Assembly (NCBI GenBank): GCA_965223265.1
Contig: OZ244999.1
Coordinates: forward strand, 7,744,001-7,808,000
Direction: 5' to 3'
DNA from: Planctomycetota bacterium
Lineage (GTDB): Bacteria > Planctomycetota > UBA8108 > SXIK01
Length of the DNA: 64,000 nt
Below are positions 40,429-50,489 of this stretch, piece after piece; the stretch's first letter is position 1, and each line of letters begins with the position of its first letter. Position numbers and translations under genes: made by a program. The notes under the pieces are model-generated. The model was given only the letters and a program-made list of their open reading frames with translations, was not told the origin of the DNA and did not search any database.

Positions 40429-41913
40429 TCACACCAGCAGTTCGTGCAGCACACGACCACCGATGTCAGTGAGGCGGAAGTCACGCCCCTTGTAGCGGTA
40501 GACGAGTCGCTCGTGATCGATCCCCATGATGTGAAGAATCGTGGCTTGAAGATCGTGCGTGTGCACGGGTCGCTCCGCCACGTTGTAGCCGAAATCGTCC
40601 GTAGCTCCATAGCTCGTGCCGCCGCGGATCCCGCCGCCCGCGAGCCAGACGCTGAAGCACCCAGCGTGATGATCGCGACCGGACGAATCGCCGAGCGCGC
40701 CCTGCGAGTAGCTCGTGCGGCCGAACTCACCGCCCCAAACGACGAGCGTATCGTCGAGCATGCCGCGGTTTTTCAGATCGCGGAGCAGGGCGGCGCATGC
40801 CTGGTCGGTCTGCCGGCACTGGCGCTCGAGATCGCGTTTCAAGTTCTGATGTTGATCCCAGCCGGCATGATAAAGCTGGATAAACCTGACGCCACGCTCC
40901 GCCAGTCGGCGTGCCAGCAAACAGTTCCTTGCGAACGAGCCTGGATTGTCATCGACGCCATAAAGTTCGTGCATCGATCGCGGTTCCGTCGTGATATCCA
41001 TCAGCTCCGGCACGGAACTCTGCATGCGGTACGCAAGCTCGAACGAATCGATGCGCGCCTGAATCTCCGGATCGGGAACGCGTTCGAGCTTGGCGCGATT
41101 GAGATCACCGATCGCCTCGACGATGTCGCGCCGAACTTGCGGACCGACGCCTGCCGGGTTCGACAGGAACAGCACTGGATCTCCTTGCGAACGGAACTGC
41201 ACGCCCTGGTGGCGAGCCGGAAGGAAACCGCTGTGCCAGTAGCGCGATAGGAGCGGCTGGATCGTGCGACCGGAGAGCAAAACGATAAACTCAGGCAGAT
41301 CCTTCGCGGCGCTGCCTAGCCCGTACGTCAACCAAGAGCCCATCGACGGGCGTCCCGCCTCCTGACCTCCGGTCTGCATAAACGTGACGGCTGGATCATG
41401 GTTGATCGGCTCGGTGAACATCGATCGAACGAGGCACAGCTCGTCGGCAAGTGCAGCCGTATGGGGAAGGAGCTCCGAGATCTCCATGCCGCACGCACCA
41501 TGCTTCGCAAACGGACGCGGTGATCGCAGGCAGAGGTGGGACTCCTGGTTGCGAGTCATCAGCGTCAAGCGCTGCTGGTTGCGCACAGAAGGCGGAAGCG
41601 GTTGACCGTGCATCGCCGTGAGATGCGGCTTCGGATCGAAAAGGTCCACATGAGATGGACCGCCGGCCATGAACAAGTAAATGACGCGCTGCGCGCGCGG
41701 CGAGAAGTGACTGCGCTGCAGGACCGGCGACGTGGACGACGATGCGAAGAGCTCGGGGTTGAGCAGCGACGCGGCGGCGACGCTCCCCAATCCACGCGAA
41801 GTTCGGTGCAAGAAGCCGCGACGCGTTTCATAGTACGACGGATCGCCCGGGGGCGTGCGTATGTGCGACGTCGAAAAGAGTCGATCTCGTGGCGATGCTT
41901 CGGATCGAGTCAT
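40429..41913 (-). CDS. DUF1501 domain protein
   Basis: TRRGFL, LFMAGGPSHVDLFDPKP, ARRLAERGVRF, GWDQH, GEFGRT, GRDHH. Confidence 0.92.
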   Translation of the reverse strand: MTRSEASPRDRLFSTSHIRTPPGDPSYYETRRGFLHRTSRGLGSVAAASLLNPELFASSSTSPVLQRSHFSPRAQRVIYLFMAGGPSHVDLFDPKPHLTAMHGQPLPPSVRNQQRLTLMTRNQESHLCLRSPRPFAKHGACGMEISELLPHTAALADELCLVRSMFTEPINHDPAVTFMQTGGQEAGRPSMGSWLTYGLGSAAKDLPEFIVLLSGRTIQPLLSRYWHSGFLPARHQGVQFRSQGDPVLFLSNPAGVGPQVRRDIVEAIGDLNRAKLERVPDPEIQARIDSFELAYRMQSSVPELMDITTEPRSMHELYGVDDNPGSFARNCLLARRLAERGVRFIQLYHAGWDQHQNLKRDLERQCRQTDQACAALLRDLKNRGMLDDTLVVWGGEFGRTSYSQGALGDSSGRDHHAGCFSVWLAGGGIRGGTSYGATDDFGYNVAERPVHTHDLQATILHIMGIDHERLVYRYKGRDFRLTDIGGRVLHELLV

Positions 41914-41946
41914 CGTCTCGTTCCCCTCGCTGCGATCGTCATGAGT

Positions 41947-44202
41947 TCACTCCCGCGTCACGGCCGCGTCGAGATTGAGAAGCGCGTTCGCGACTGTCGT
42001 CCAAGCCGCCAGCTCAGCCAGCGCGGCGGCGTCCTCACCACGGTTGACGGCGACCGACTCACTACCACGGGCAACTGCCTGTGCCGCGCTCTGGTCGGCG
42101 CGGTAGCGCGAAAGCTGCGTCTCGTAGAGCCGTATCAAGACGTCGATCTCCCGCGACGACGGCTTGTGAGTGAGCACTAACCGAAACGCGTAGTCGACTC
42201 GAGAGCGCACCGTTGGCTGCGAATGCTTCAAGATGCGGCCAGCCACCGCGGTCGCCGCCTCAAAAAAAACTGGATCGTTGAGCGTCACCAGCGCCTGCAG
42301 CGGTGTGTTGGTTCGGGGCCGCTCGGAGACGCACGTTTCGCGACTCGGCGCGTCGAAAATCATCAGGGACGGATACGGCGTCGTGCGGCGCCAAAAAGTG
42401 TAGAGTCCGCGCCGCAATCGATCTTCACCCTCGCTCTGACGCCACTTCCAATCACGACTTTTATCGTCGAAGTATCCGGCTGGCTGCGGCGGCATGACGC
42501 TCGGCCCACCGATGCGCCGCGACAGGAGGCCCGCGACGTGCAGCGCATTGTCACGAATCTCCTCGGCCGCGAGGCGGTACCGAGACGATCGCCAGTACAG
42601 TCGATTCTCCGGATCGATCTCCTCTGCTCGTGCGTCCAGGGCGTACGACTGGCGGTAAGTAGCCGAGAGCAAAATCGAACGCTGAAGCGCTTTGATATCC
42701 CAACCGAGGCGCACGAACTCGGTCGCCAACCAGTCGAGGAGCTCGGGATGCGACGGCGCTTCACCGCGCGTGCCAAAGTCGTTGAGCGTCTTCACTAGCC
42801 CGACGCCGAAGATCTCCGCCCAAAGGCGATTCGCGGTGACGCGCGCCACTAGTGGATGCTGCGGATCGATCAGCCACTTCGCCAGGTCGAGGCGATCTGG
42901 CACGCCGTCAGCGTCACGGGTAAGACGCGGCAACGCACTGGGGGCGGCAGGAGTGACTTCCTCGCCGCGACGGCGAAAGTCACCACGCTCCAGGACGAAC
43001 GCTGCGCGCCGCGTTGACGCCTCCTGCATAACGAGCGTCGTCGGAACCTCTTTGTCGAGCGTTCGCCGCTGGTCCTGAAGCTTCTTCAGCCCTTCGCTGA
43101 GCTTCTGGTGCGCTGCATCGAAGTGGCGTAGAAAGAAGGCGTGGAGACGCTTCGAGTCTTCCTCGCTGCGCTCCTGACGCGGAGTCGAAGCGAGGGCGCG
43201 AATCTCCTGGACCTCCGCGCCGTCAAGGTCGGCCGCGAACGGAACGTTACCGCTGGCCACCTCGATCTGCCAGTCGGCGAATGCATCGGCCGTCGCCGTC
43301 TCACGGGCGCGGATCTTCGCTTCAGCAGCGACGATTTCCGTTTCGATCCGCGTTTTCGCCTCAAGCTGCGCCGGCGTTGGGAGTTCGAGAAACGGTGGCT
43401 GACGCCGCCGCTTCGAGACACCGAGCTCCCCTTCGAGGCTGTTGAAGAAAGCGTAGAGTTGGTAGTAGTCTCGCTGCGAGATTGGATCGTACTTGTGATC
43501 ATGACACTGCGCGCACTCGAAGGTGAGACCGAGCCAAGTCGTAGCTGTCGCATTCGTGCGATCGACCGCGTAGACGACGAGGAACTCTTCCGGATCGGAG
43601 CCCCCTTCCTCATTGAACCGATGATTGCGATTGAACCCCGATGCAACCCGCTGCGTGACGGTTGCATTCGGCAGCAAATCACCGGCGATGTTCTCGATCG
43701 TGAACTGATCAAACGTCAAGTTCCGGTTGAACGCATTGATGACGTAGTCGCGATACGGCCACATCGTCCGCACACCGTCGTCCTGGTAGCCGTTCGTGTC
43801 GCCAAAACGCGCCAGGTCGAGCCACGAACGGGCGAGCTTCTCGCCGCACGCTGGATCGGCGAGCACGCGGTCCACGTAGCGCTCGTAGGCACCAGCTCGG
43901 CGGTCCGCGGCGAACGCGTCCACTTCCTCGACGCTCGGTGGGAGGCCACGCAGGTCGAACGAAACACGACGCGCGAGAGTGACGCGATCCGCGGTGGGCG
44001 AGGGGCGAAGATCGACGGCGGCGAGACGCGCGGCGATGAATCGGTCGATCTCGTTTCGCGCCCAACTCGTCTGAGGCGTGGGAACGGTTGGGCGTCGGGG
44101 CGGGACAAAAGCCCAGTGTTGATCGGCAAAAACGAGCCCGGGAGCAACCCCGATCGTCGCGCAGGCAACGAAAACTCGAAACGAAAGACGCGCTGTACCC
44201 AT
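41947..44202 (-). CDS. DUF1549/DUF1553 (PSD2/PSD1) protein
   Basis: HWAFVPP, RRVSFDLRGLPP, CAQCHDHKYDP, PSHPELLDWLA, TNTPLQAL; start uncertain (44202-44352). Confidence 0.9.
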   Translation of the reverse strand: MGTARLSFRVFVACATIGVAPGLVFADQHWAFVPPRRPTVPTPQTSWARNEIDRFIAARLAAVDLRPSPTADRVTLARRVSFDLRGLPPSVEEVDAFAADRRAGAYERYVDRVLADPACGEKLARSWLDLARFGDTNGYQDDGVRTMWPYRDYVINAFNRNLTFDQFTIENIAGDLLPNATVTQRVASGFNRNHRFNEEGGSDPEEFLVVYAVDRTNATATTWLGLTFECAQCHDHKYDPISQRDYYQLYAFFNSLEGELGVSKRRRQPPFLELPTPAQLEAKTRIETEIVAAEAKIRARETATADAFADWQIEVASGNVPFAADLDGAEVQEIRALASTPRQERSEEDSKRLHAFFLRHFDAAHQKLSEGLKKLQDQRRTLDKEVPTTLVMQEASTRRAAFVLERGDFRRRGEEVTPAAPSALPRLTRDADGVPDRLDLAKWLIDPQHPLVARVTANRLWAEIFGVGLVKTLNDFGTRGEAPSHPELLDWLATEFVRLGWDIKALQRSILLSATYRQSYALDARAEEIDPENRLYWRSSRYRLAAEEIRDNALHVAGLLSRRIGGPSVMPPQPAGYFDDKSRDWKWRQSEGEDRLRRGLYTFWRRTTPYPSLMIFDAPSRETCVSERPRTNTPLQALVTLNDPVFFEAATAVAGRILKHSQPTVRSRVDYAFRLVLTHKPSSREIDVLIRLYETQLSRYRADQSAAQAVARGSESVAVNRGEDAAALAELAAWTTVANALLNLDAAVTRE

Positions 44203-44670
44203 CGAGACCACATCCGTTCTGCGCCAGACGAACGCCGACAAGCTGCGTCTCGTCGTACACAGGCTAACGGCCATTATGCCGCGGCCGCAGGCGCGATGCG
44301 ATGGTTTCGACGGCACGACACTGGCGCCTAGTTCCTCGCGCCCGGGAATCACATCGCCGAGTCGTCGTGAGCGATCTCGTTTTCTCGGTTCAGTCGCATC
44401 TGGCGCGCGCGGCCCCGGAGCGGCGCCGAAGTCGAAAACGCGGCGAAATTGTCAGCGACAATGCCCCAACGCCGGCAAGAAAGTGGCGACAAGAGACGTC
44501 TTCAGGTCGGCAAAGAGTGGAGCATTCGCGCGACGTTGAGCCACGTCGGCGTGCTCATGTTCGGCAAGGTAGAGCCGCGGATCGCCGCGTCGCGAACCGC
44601 CGCGACTGACCTGACACGTCGCAATTCTTGAGGAAGAATGCCTCCGTGGCGACCGAAGATCTTGCTGGAT

Positions 44671-45567
44671 TCAATCGACCGCTTCGAGCGGCGCTGACCA
44701 GTTCATCTCACGCGCGGTCACCTCACCGACGACACACTCGCTCAGGTCGCGAACGGGCTCGTCCTTCGCTGCGGAGAGAGGCCGGCCGAGCGCCATGATC
44801 TCCGCTTGCTCCTGCGGAAAGCGGGGCTCACGCATCGGATCGGCATATCCGGCTGGAAAAACGCTGACGCCGTCATACTTGTCGCTGGCGCCAAGTGGGT
44901 GGCACAGCTCGTGCGCGACGATCGCCGTGGTGTTACCCAGAAAGAGAGGCGAAATGGGTGCGAACACGATCCCCATACGGTGCCGCCGCTCGGCAACCGA
45001 ATCGAACTCCGAAAAGAGCTTGCGGCGCTCCTCGTCGTGGAAGTCATAGAAATAAATGAACACGGTCACGTCCGAGTCGTCGAGACTGAGTTCGTCGCCG
45101 TCGCGCAGATCTTCGAAGTAGCGAATGAAAGCTTTGACGCCTCGATAACGCTCCCAAAAGGAGGCCGTCGGCTCGGGCAAGGATGGTGGCAGGTCACGCA
45201 GCCAGAACGGACCGCGGACGTAGAAGTCGAACATGGGGCTTGGATCGCCCGTGTGGCGGGTGTACTCCTTCTGAATCCATTCCTCGACCTCGCGAAAGTT
45301 CTGGTGCGGTGGGGCGGTTCGAGAGATGAAACGTTGGATGAACCACTCCGCTTCCTGGCGATCGCGGCACTGCTCATCGACCACGGCGATGACGCTGATC
45401 GTCAGCGCGCGGTCCCACGCGAACGTGTGGGTGTCGGCGCGGTAGTTGAGATACCCCCAGACCGCCACCCCAAGCAGGACCGTCAACAAAACGCCCTGAC
45501 GACAGTGGCGGATGCGCCGACGGCGACGCTCGCGCTCGGCGTGGGCGGCGGTGCCCTCGAAATACAC
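44671..45567 (-). CDS. Membrane-anchored zincin-like protein
   Basis: N-terminal TM helix; AHELCHPLGASDKY zinc motif and downstream EIMA Met-turn-like motif. Confidence 0.75.
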   Translation of the reverse strand: MYFEGTAAHAERERRRRRIRHCRQGVLLTVLLGVAVWGYLNYRADTHTFAWDRALTISVIAVVDEQCRDRQEAEWFIQRFISRTAPPHQNFREVEEWIQKEYTRHTGDPSPMFDFYVRGPFWLRDLPPSLPEPTASFWERYRGVKAFIRYFEDLRDGDELSLDDSDVTVFIYFYDFHDEERRKLFSEFDSVAERRHRMGIVFAPISPLFLGNTTAIVAHELCHPLGASDKYDGVSVFPAGYADPMREPRFPQEQAEIMALGRPLSAAKDEPVRDLSECVVGEVTAREMNWSAPLEAVD

Positions 45568-45762
45568 GCTTCAGCTTCCTCCGGATCACAGTTGCCGCCG
45601 CGTCGAACGGGCGCGGTCAGTTTGTCTTCTCGGCTCTATACATTTCTCTCATCGGCAGAAAAGGACACCAGGCTCGAGATGGCTCCCCCGCCGTCGGACC
45701 GATTCGGAACGTCGTGCGGGGACGTGGGGACCCTCCCCGGAGTCGGGAATCCAGGCCCTCGG

Positions 45763-45954
45763 TGCCGCCACCGCCCCTCACGCTCCCGGGCGAAATGAAC
45801 CGTACAAGACCCTCACCAACGAACTGCCGCGGCGGCGCACAGCAGCTTTGCCTGCTCCAGCAGGCAAGCCCGCCTCGGACGCTCTCCGAGCTCACCGACG
45901 GCGAGACAAGCCAACAGACCGGGAAAATCGCGAACCAGCGCGAGCGCCACGACA
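45763..45954 (-). ncRNA. Candidate structured non-coding RNA (long rod capped by a four-way junction)
   Basis: Nested pairings found by hand; nearly all non-Watson-Crick positions are G-U only on the minus strand; family unknown. Confidence 0.45.
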
Positions 45955-46046
45955 GTATAATGGGAACGTTCAGCAGTTGGCTCGGCGAGGGTTCTAGCGC
46001 GCCACGAGCATCCTATTACCATCTTGTAGTCCCCAGGAGGACGGTC

Positions 46047-48875
46047 ATGAAACGGACGTGCCTGTGTGTGTTTTCTTTGGCAGCCGTTCTTGTTGTCGCA
46101 AACTCGCAGACGCTCCGCGCCGCTCCCGATTTTCCCCCATTCAAGGACATCGCCAAAGATTTCAGGAAGATCATCTCGACCCCGGACGGCAGCAGCCTCT
46201 ACTCGATCTGGGTGCGTGATCGCGATGGCTCGATGCTCGCCGAACTGCCACCCAACTTCACGCGTCAGAAATACTTCTTCGCCATGACGGTCGCCAGCGG
46301 CGAGCGCTTCGCAGGACTGCAGGTAAACGACATTTACGTCCAGTGGCGCCGCTACGACCGCCGCCTCGCCCTCATCCAGCCGAATCTACGCGTCCGATCA
46401 ACGGGCGACCAAGAGTCGAAGAAGTCGATTCAGCGCCTCTTCACCGATCGCGTCATCCTGGATGTCCCCATTGTCACCATGGGACCCCGCGGCGGACCGG
46501 TGATCGACATGAAGGCTCTTCTAGTGGGCCAAGCGCCTCGGTTTTTTGGCTTCCTGGCGCGCGGCATCAATCCGCGGCTGTCGACAGTGAAGTCCGCGAA
46601 GGCGTTTCCACAAAACGTCGAGCTTGCGTTCGAGGTACCTATGTTTGGCGGCGTGCTGAAGACGCTGCACTACTCGATCAGTGTCATCCCGGACCGGACC
46701 GGGTACCAGCCGAGAAAGGCGGACTCACGGGTCGGCTATTTCACGACGACGCACCAGGACCTCGGCAACTTCTCCGCCAAGGAGACATGGGTTCGCTATA
46801 TCAATCGCTGGAAACTGGAGAAACGCGATCCATCGCTCAAGCTGAGCCCGCCGAAGGAGCCGATCGTCTTCTACGTCGAGCACACGACCCCGGTCCGCTA
46901 CCGCCGCTGGGTACGCCGCGGCATTCTGCTGTGGAACAAGGCGTTCGAGAAGGTCGGAATCTCCGACGCCATCGAGGTACGCTACCAGGACGGAGCTTCC
47001 GGCGACCACATGGAGAAAGACCCCGAGGACGTCCGCTACAACTTCGTGCGCTGGCTCAACAACGGCATCGGCGTGGCGATTGGGCCCTCCCGAGTCCATC
47101 CGGCGACGGGTCAGATCCTCGACGCCGACATTATCCTCACGGATGGATGGATCCGGAGCTTCGCGCGTGACTTTCGCGAAAAGCTTCCGGAAGTCGCGAC
47201 CGAAGGGTTGAGTCCCGACACACTGGCATGGCTCAACCGCAACCCGAAGTGGCACCCACGCTTCCTCTTTTCGCCACCCTCCGAACGCACGCGCGTCGCG
47301 GCAGAGCTTCTCAAGACGGCTGCGCATAGCCACGGCGGCCATCCGCTCGCCGCGGTCGACTCGGAGATGCTGGGCGACGACGAGTTCGACGGCCTGGTCG
47401 GGCGCGTCAGCCAAGTCAACGGCATGTGCCTGGCAGCCAACGGCAAGGGATTCGATCTCGACCTACTGCGCATGTCACTCGAGCTGATGGAGTTCGAAGT
47501 CGGCGGTCTGGAAGCTAAAGACGACGAAGCGCTCCTCGACGGTGTGCCGGAAGAATTCATCGGTCCCCTGGTCGCCGATCTGGTGGCGCACGAAGTCGGT
47601 CACACGCTCGGCCTGCGCCACAATTTCAAGGCCTCAAGCGTCTACGCGCTCGAGGAGATCAACAGCGACAAAGTCAAAGGCAAGCCGTTCGCTGGTTCTG
47701 TGATGGACTACAACCCTGTGAACATCAATGTGGAGAGCGGTGAGGCCCAAGGCGACTACGGTATGGTCGATATCGGCCCCTACGACATGTGGGCCATCGA
47801 GTACGGTTACTCCCAGACGAACAACCTCAAGCCCATCCTCGACCGCGTCGCCGAACCCGCCCTCGCCTACGCCACGGACGAGGACACCTTCGGGCCTGAC
47901 CCTCTGGCTCGCCGCTACGACCTCGGCTCCAATCCGCTCGAGTACGCTCGCAACCAGATGCGACTCGCGAAGCACCATCGCGAACGCATCGTCGAGAAGT
48001 TCGTCAAGGAAGGGGAGAGCTGGGCGCGAGCGCGACGCGGCTATCAGATGACGCTCATCATGCAGATCCGTGCGATCAGCATCATGTCGGAGTGGATCGG
48101 TGGTTCGCACATTCACCGCGACAAAAAAGGCGACAAGGACGGTCGCCCGCCGGTCTCGGTCGTTGACGCCAAGAAACAGCGTGACGCCCTGGAGTTCATT
48201 CTCGAAAACGCCTTCAAAGACGAGGCGTTCGGTTTGTCTCCCGAGCTCCTGCAGCACATGACCATCGACAAGTGGCTCGACGAGGGTGGATATCGTGATG
48301 CGTTCCAGGATGCAACGTGGCCCGTTCACGATCGCGTCCGCGCGATCCAAGGCGCCGCTCTGACGATGATCATGAATCCGACGACTCTCAGACGCGTTTA
48401 CGACAACGAGCTGCGGACGCCGCCGGACGAGGACATGCTGACGCTGCCGGATCTGCTCACCTCGATTGCTGATGTGGTCTGGAACGAGTTCGACGGTGAA
48501 CCGAAGAAGGAACATACCGATCGCAAGCCATGGATCTCAAGCTTACGTCGCAACCTGCAGCGCGAGCATCTCGAGCGATTGATCGATCTGTCGATGCCGG
48601 ATGCGTCGCTCGGCGCGGCGGAGAAACCGATCTCGAACTTGGCGATGCAGGCGCTCCGAAACATCGAGACCAAAATCTCGTCTCGCTTCGCAGATTCCGA
48701 CAAGATTGACCGCTACTCGCTGGCGCACATGAGCGAGGCCAAGTTGCGCATCAACAAGGCGCTCGACGCCGACTACATCTACAACACAGACGACATCGGG
48801 GGAGGCGGTTTCCCGTTCTTCTTCCTGTTCAAGGAGCCGGGCGAGGCGCCGACGGCAGCCCCACAAGGAAACTAG
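46047..48875 (+). CDS. Secreted zinc-dependent metzincin (DUF5117/DUF4953, EcxA-like)
   Basis: AGGAGG RBS; signal peptide; RVGYF, EPIVFYVE, HEVGHTLGLRHNF, SVMDY. Confidence 0.9.
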   Translation: MKRTCLCVFSLAAVLVVANSQTLRAAPDFPPFKDIAKDFRKIISTPDGSSLYSIWVRDRDGSMLAELPPNFTRQKYFFAMTVASGERFAGLQVNDIYVQWRRYDRRLALIQPNLRVRSTGDQESKKSIQRLFTDRVILDVPIVTMGPRGGPVIDMKALLVGQAPRFFGFLARGINPRLSTVKSAKAFPQNVELAFEVPMFGGVLKTLHYSISVIPDRTGYQPRKADSRVGYFTTTHQDLGNFSAKETWVRYINRWKLEKRDPSLKLSPPKEPIVFYVEHTTPVRYRRWVRRGILLWNKAFEKVGISDAIEVRYQDGASGDHMEKDPEDVRYNFVRWLNNGIGVAIGPSRVHPATGQILDADIILTDGWIRSFARDFREKLPEVATEGLSPDTLAWLNRNPKWHPRFLFSPPSERTRVAAELLKTAAHSHGGHPLAAVDSEMLGDDEFDGLVGRVSQVNGMCLAANGKGFDLDLLRMSLELMEFEVGGLEAKDDEALLDGVPEEFIGPLVADLVAHEVGHTLGLRHNFKASSVYALEEINSDKVKGKPFAGSVMDYNPVNINVESGEAQGDYGMVDIGPYDMWAIEYGYSQTNNLKPILDRVAEPALAYATDEDTFGPDPLARRYDLGSNPLEYARNQMRLAKHHRERIVEKFVKEGESWARARRGYQMTLIMQIRAISIMSEWIGGSHIHRDKKGDKDGRPPVSVVDAKKQRDALEFILENAFKDEAFGLSPELLQHMTIDKWLDEGGYRDAFQDATWPVHDRVRAIQGAALTMIMNPTTLRRVYDNELRTPPDEDMLTLPDLLTSIADVVWNEFDGEPKKEHTDRKPWISSLRRNLQREHLERLIDLSMPDASLGAAEKPISNLAMQALRNIETKISSRFADSDKIDRYSLAHMSEAKLRINKALDADYIYNTDDIGGGGFPFFFLFKEPGEAPTAAPQGN

Positions 48876-49001
48876 CGCTCGCTCCACACGAAACAGTCGC
48901 GATCAAGCCCCAGTTCTCACTGCTGCGTGGCCACGCCAGCCCGTTGTGTCGCTCGACGGCCTCTTGGTCGCGTCGATTCTTGCAACAGCTGCCGGAGCTA
49001 G

Positions 49002-49766
49002 CTACGCCGTAAGATCGAGGGTCAACTGCTCTTCGACGCTGCGCAGATCCATCTCAAACTCGATATCGACAACCGGCGGTCGAGCGAGATACCAGTGCAC
49101 GCCACCCAGATTCGCCGCCGGCAGCGCCGAAAGAAGAGCTTCCGTAGCGATCGAGTGGATCGGGTGCGTCGTGTAGACGTCGATAGTGAGCGGGGCGTCT
49201 TCAGAGGCTCCGATCCCTTTGAGTCTCTCGAGCATAACGTCGAGGACAAAGCGCGATTTCTCGTGCAGCGCATCGGGGGTCGTCTCACCGCGACGGACAA
49301 TGCCGTCCGCATCGAGTTTACCGCCGTCACCTAGTTCTCCAGCACCGGCAATGATCAACGTCTGCCGCCGTATGGTTGGGTTCGGGCGTGTGTAGGAAAA
49401 CGCAAAGAGCATCGTCTCCGACGGGGCTTCGCGAAGCGGCGCGACGTTCGTCCGCGCGAGCGGATTCAGGCCGTCGACGTAGAGCCCCCACTCCTTGAGA
49501 ACGCTGCAGTATTCGCTGTTGAATGCAATGAAGCTCTCCATCGTGTGCGGCTGCGGACAACGCAGCTCCATGGCGCACAGATCGACGCGCTGGCGGCCGT
49601 GACGCCGCAGGAATCCGTCGACCCTGTGAAATCCATCGCGCCAAGGAACCGGCTTGACGAGTCGGACATGGACGATCTCAAACCCCGGTTTGGCGATGAC
49701 ACCACAGGAGTACGGATCGATTCCCGTCAGAAAGTGATAGTGACCCTTCGGATTCGGCTGCAGCAT
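49002..49766 (-). CDS. CnbZ-like (2-amino-5-chloromuconate deaminase-like) protein
   Basis: YSCGV.AKPGFEI, ELRCPQP...FIAFN.EY...L.EWG, NPLARTNVAP, FAFSYT, RPPVVDIEFEMD match my recollection of the CnbZ family. Confidence 0.7.
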   Translation of the reverse strand: MLQPNPKGHYHFLTGIDPYSCGVIAKPGFEIVHVRLVKPVPWRDGFHRVDGFLRRHGRQRVDLCAMELRCPQPHTMESFIAFNSEYCSVLKEWGLYVDGLNPLARTNVAPLREAPSETMLFAFSYTRPNPTIRRQTLIIAGAGELGDGGKLDADGIVRRGETTPDALHEKSRFVLDVMLERLKGIGASEDAPLTIDVYTTHPIHSIATEALLSALPAANLGGVHWYLARPPVVDIEFEMDLRSVEEQLTLDLTA

Positions 49767-50064
49767 GAGGGTAACGATCCTCGATCGTCGACGCGGTCTT
49801 CACGGACCGCCGAAACGGGGCACTGCGACATGCAGCGGTAGGTTTCGACCCGAACCGGACCCCGCGGGGAGCTCTCCTATCTACTGGATTTCGCGGCGGG
49901 AGACAAGCACTCGGCCGCGGCTTGCGGCACGTCGAACTCTGACCTAATATGACCAACGTTGGGGATGCATCTCGAGGCGTGCTCGCGTCGCCGCGGCGGC
50001 CAGTTCAATCACTGAGACAGAAGGCTCTCCCAGCCGCGAAGCCTATTCTGAAAGCAGGTTTTTC

Positions 50065-50463
50065 ATGAGCGGTAGATTTGTCGGCCGCGAAGAAGCGCCG
50101 AGAGAAAAGCTCCCGTGGGGTGAACTGGCATGGGTCAGCCAGCCAACGACGACGCAGACAAAGAATCTCGTCGTCATCAACGTGGAGCTTCTGCCCGGCG
50201 AAGGCCACAACTTCCATAAGCATCCGCAGCAGGAAGAAGTGATCTATGTTCTCGAAGGCGAAGTGCAGCAATGGATCGAAACGGAGAAACGCCTGCTCGG
50301 ATCTGGCGACGCGGCGTTCATCGATCGAGACACGGTACACGCCTCCTTCAACACGGGGAAGACGACAGCACGTCTGCTCGCTATCTTAGGTCCAGCAGTG
50401 GGCGAGGCTGGCTACGAGCTTGTGGACGTGAGCGAAGAGACGCCATGGGTTCGGCTGCGCTGA
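50065..50463 (+). CDS. Cupin domain protein
   Basis: PGEGHNFHKHPQQEEVIYVLEG...GD...VHASFN. Confidence 0.9.
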   Translation: MSGRFVGREEAPREKLPWGELAWVSQPTTTQTKNLVVINVELLPGEGHNFHKHPQQEEVIYVLEGEVQQWIETEKRLLGSGDAAFIDRDTVHASFNTGKTTARLLAILGPAVGEAGYELVDVSEETPWVRLR

Positions 50464-50489
50464 CCTCGAGTTTGGCCAATCGGCGCACC

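Noticed and set aside
45797-45808. Minus-strand CTTGTACGGTTC resembling group II intron domain V
   Set aside because: The matching GAGCCG 5' half, domain VI and an RT gene are missing
45740-45925. Cobalamin riboswitch on + strand (GGGAA ... AAGCCA..AGACC)
   Set aside because: No B12-box core (GCCACTG/GGGAAG); G-U pattern favours the minus strand; flanking genes unrelated to B12
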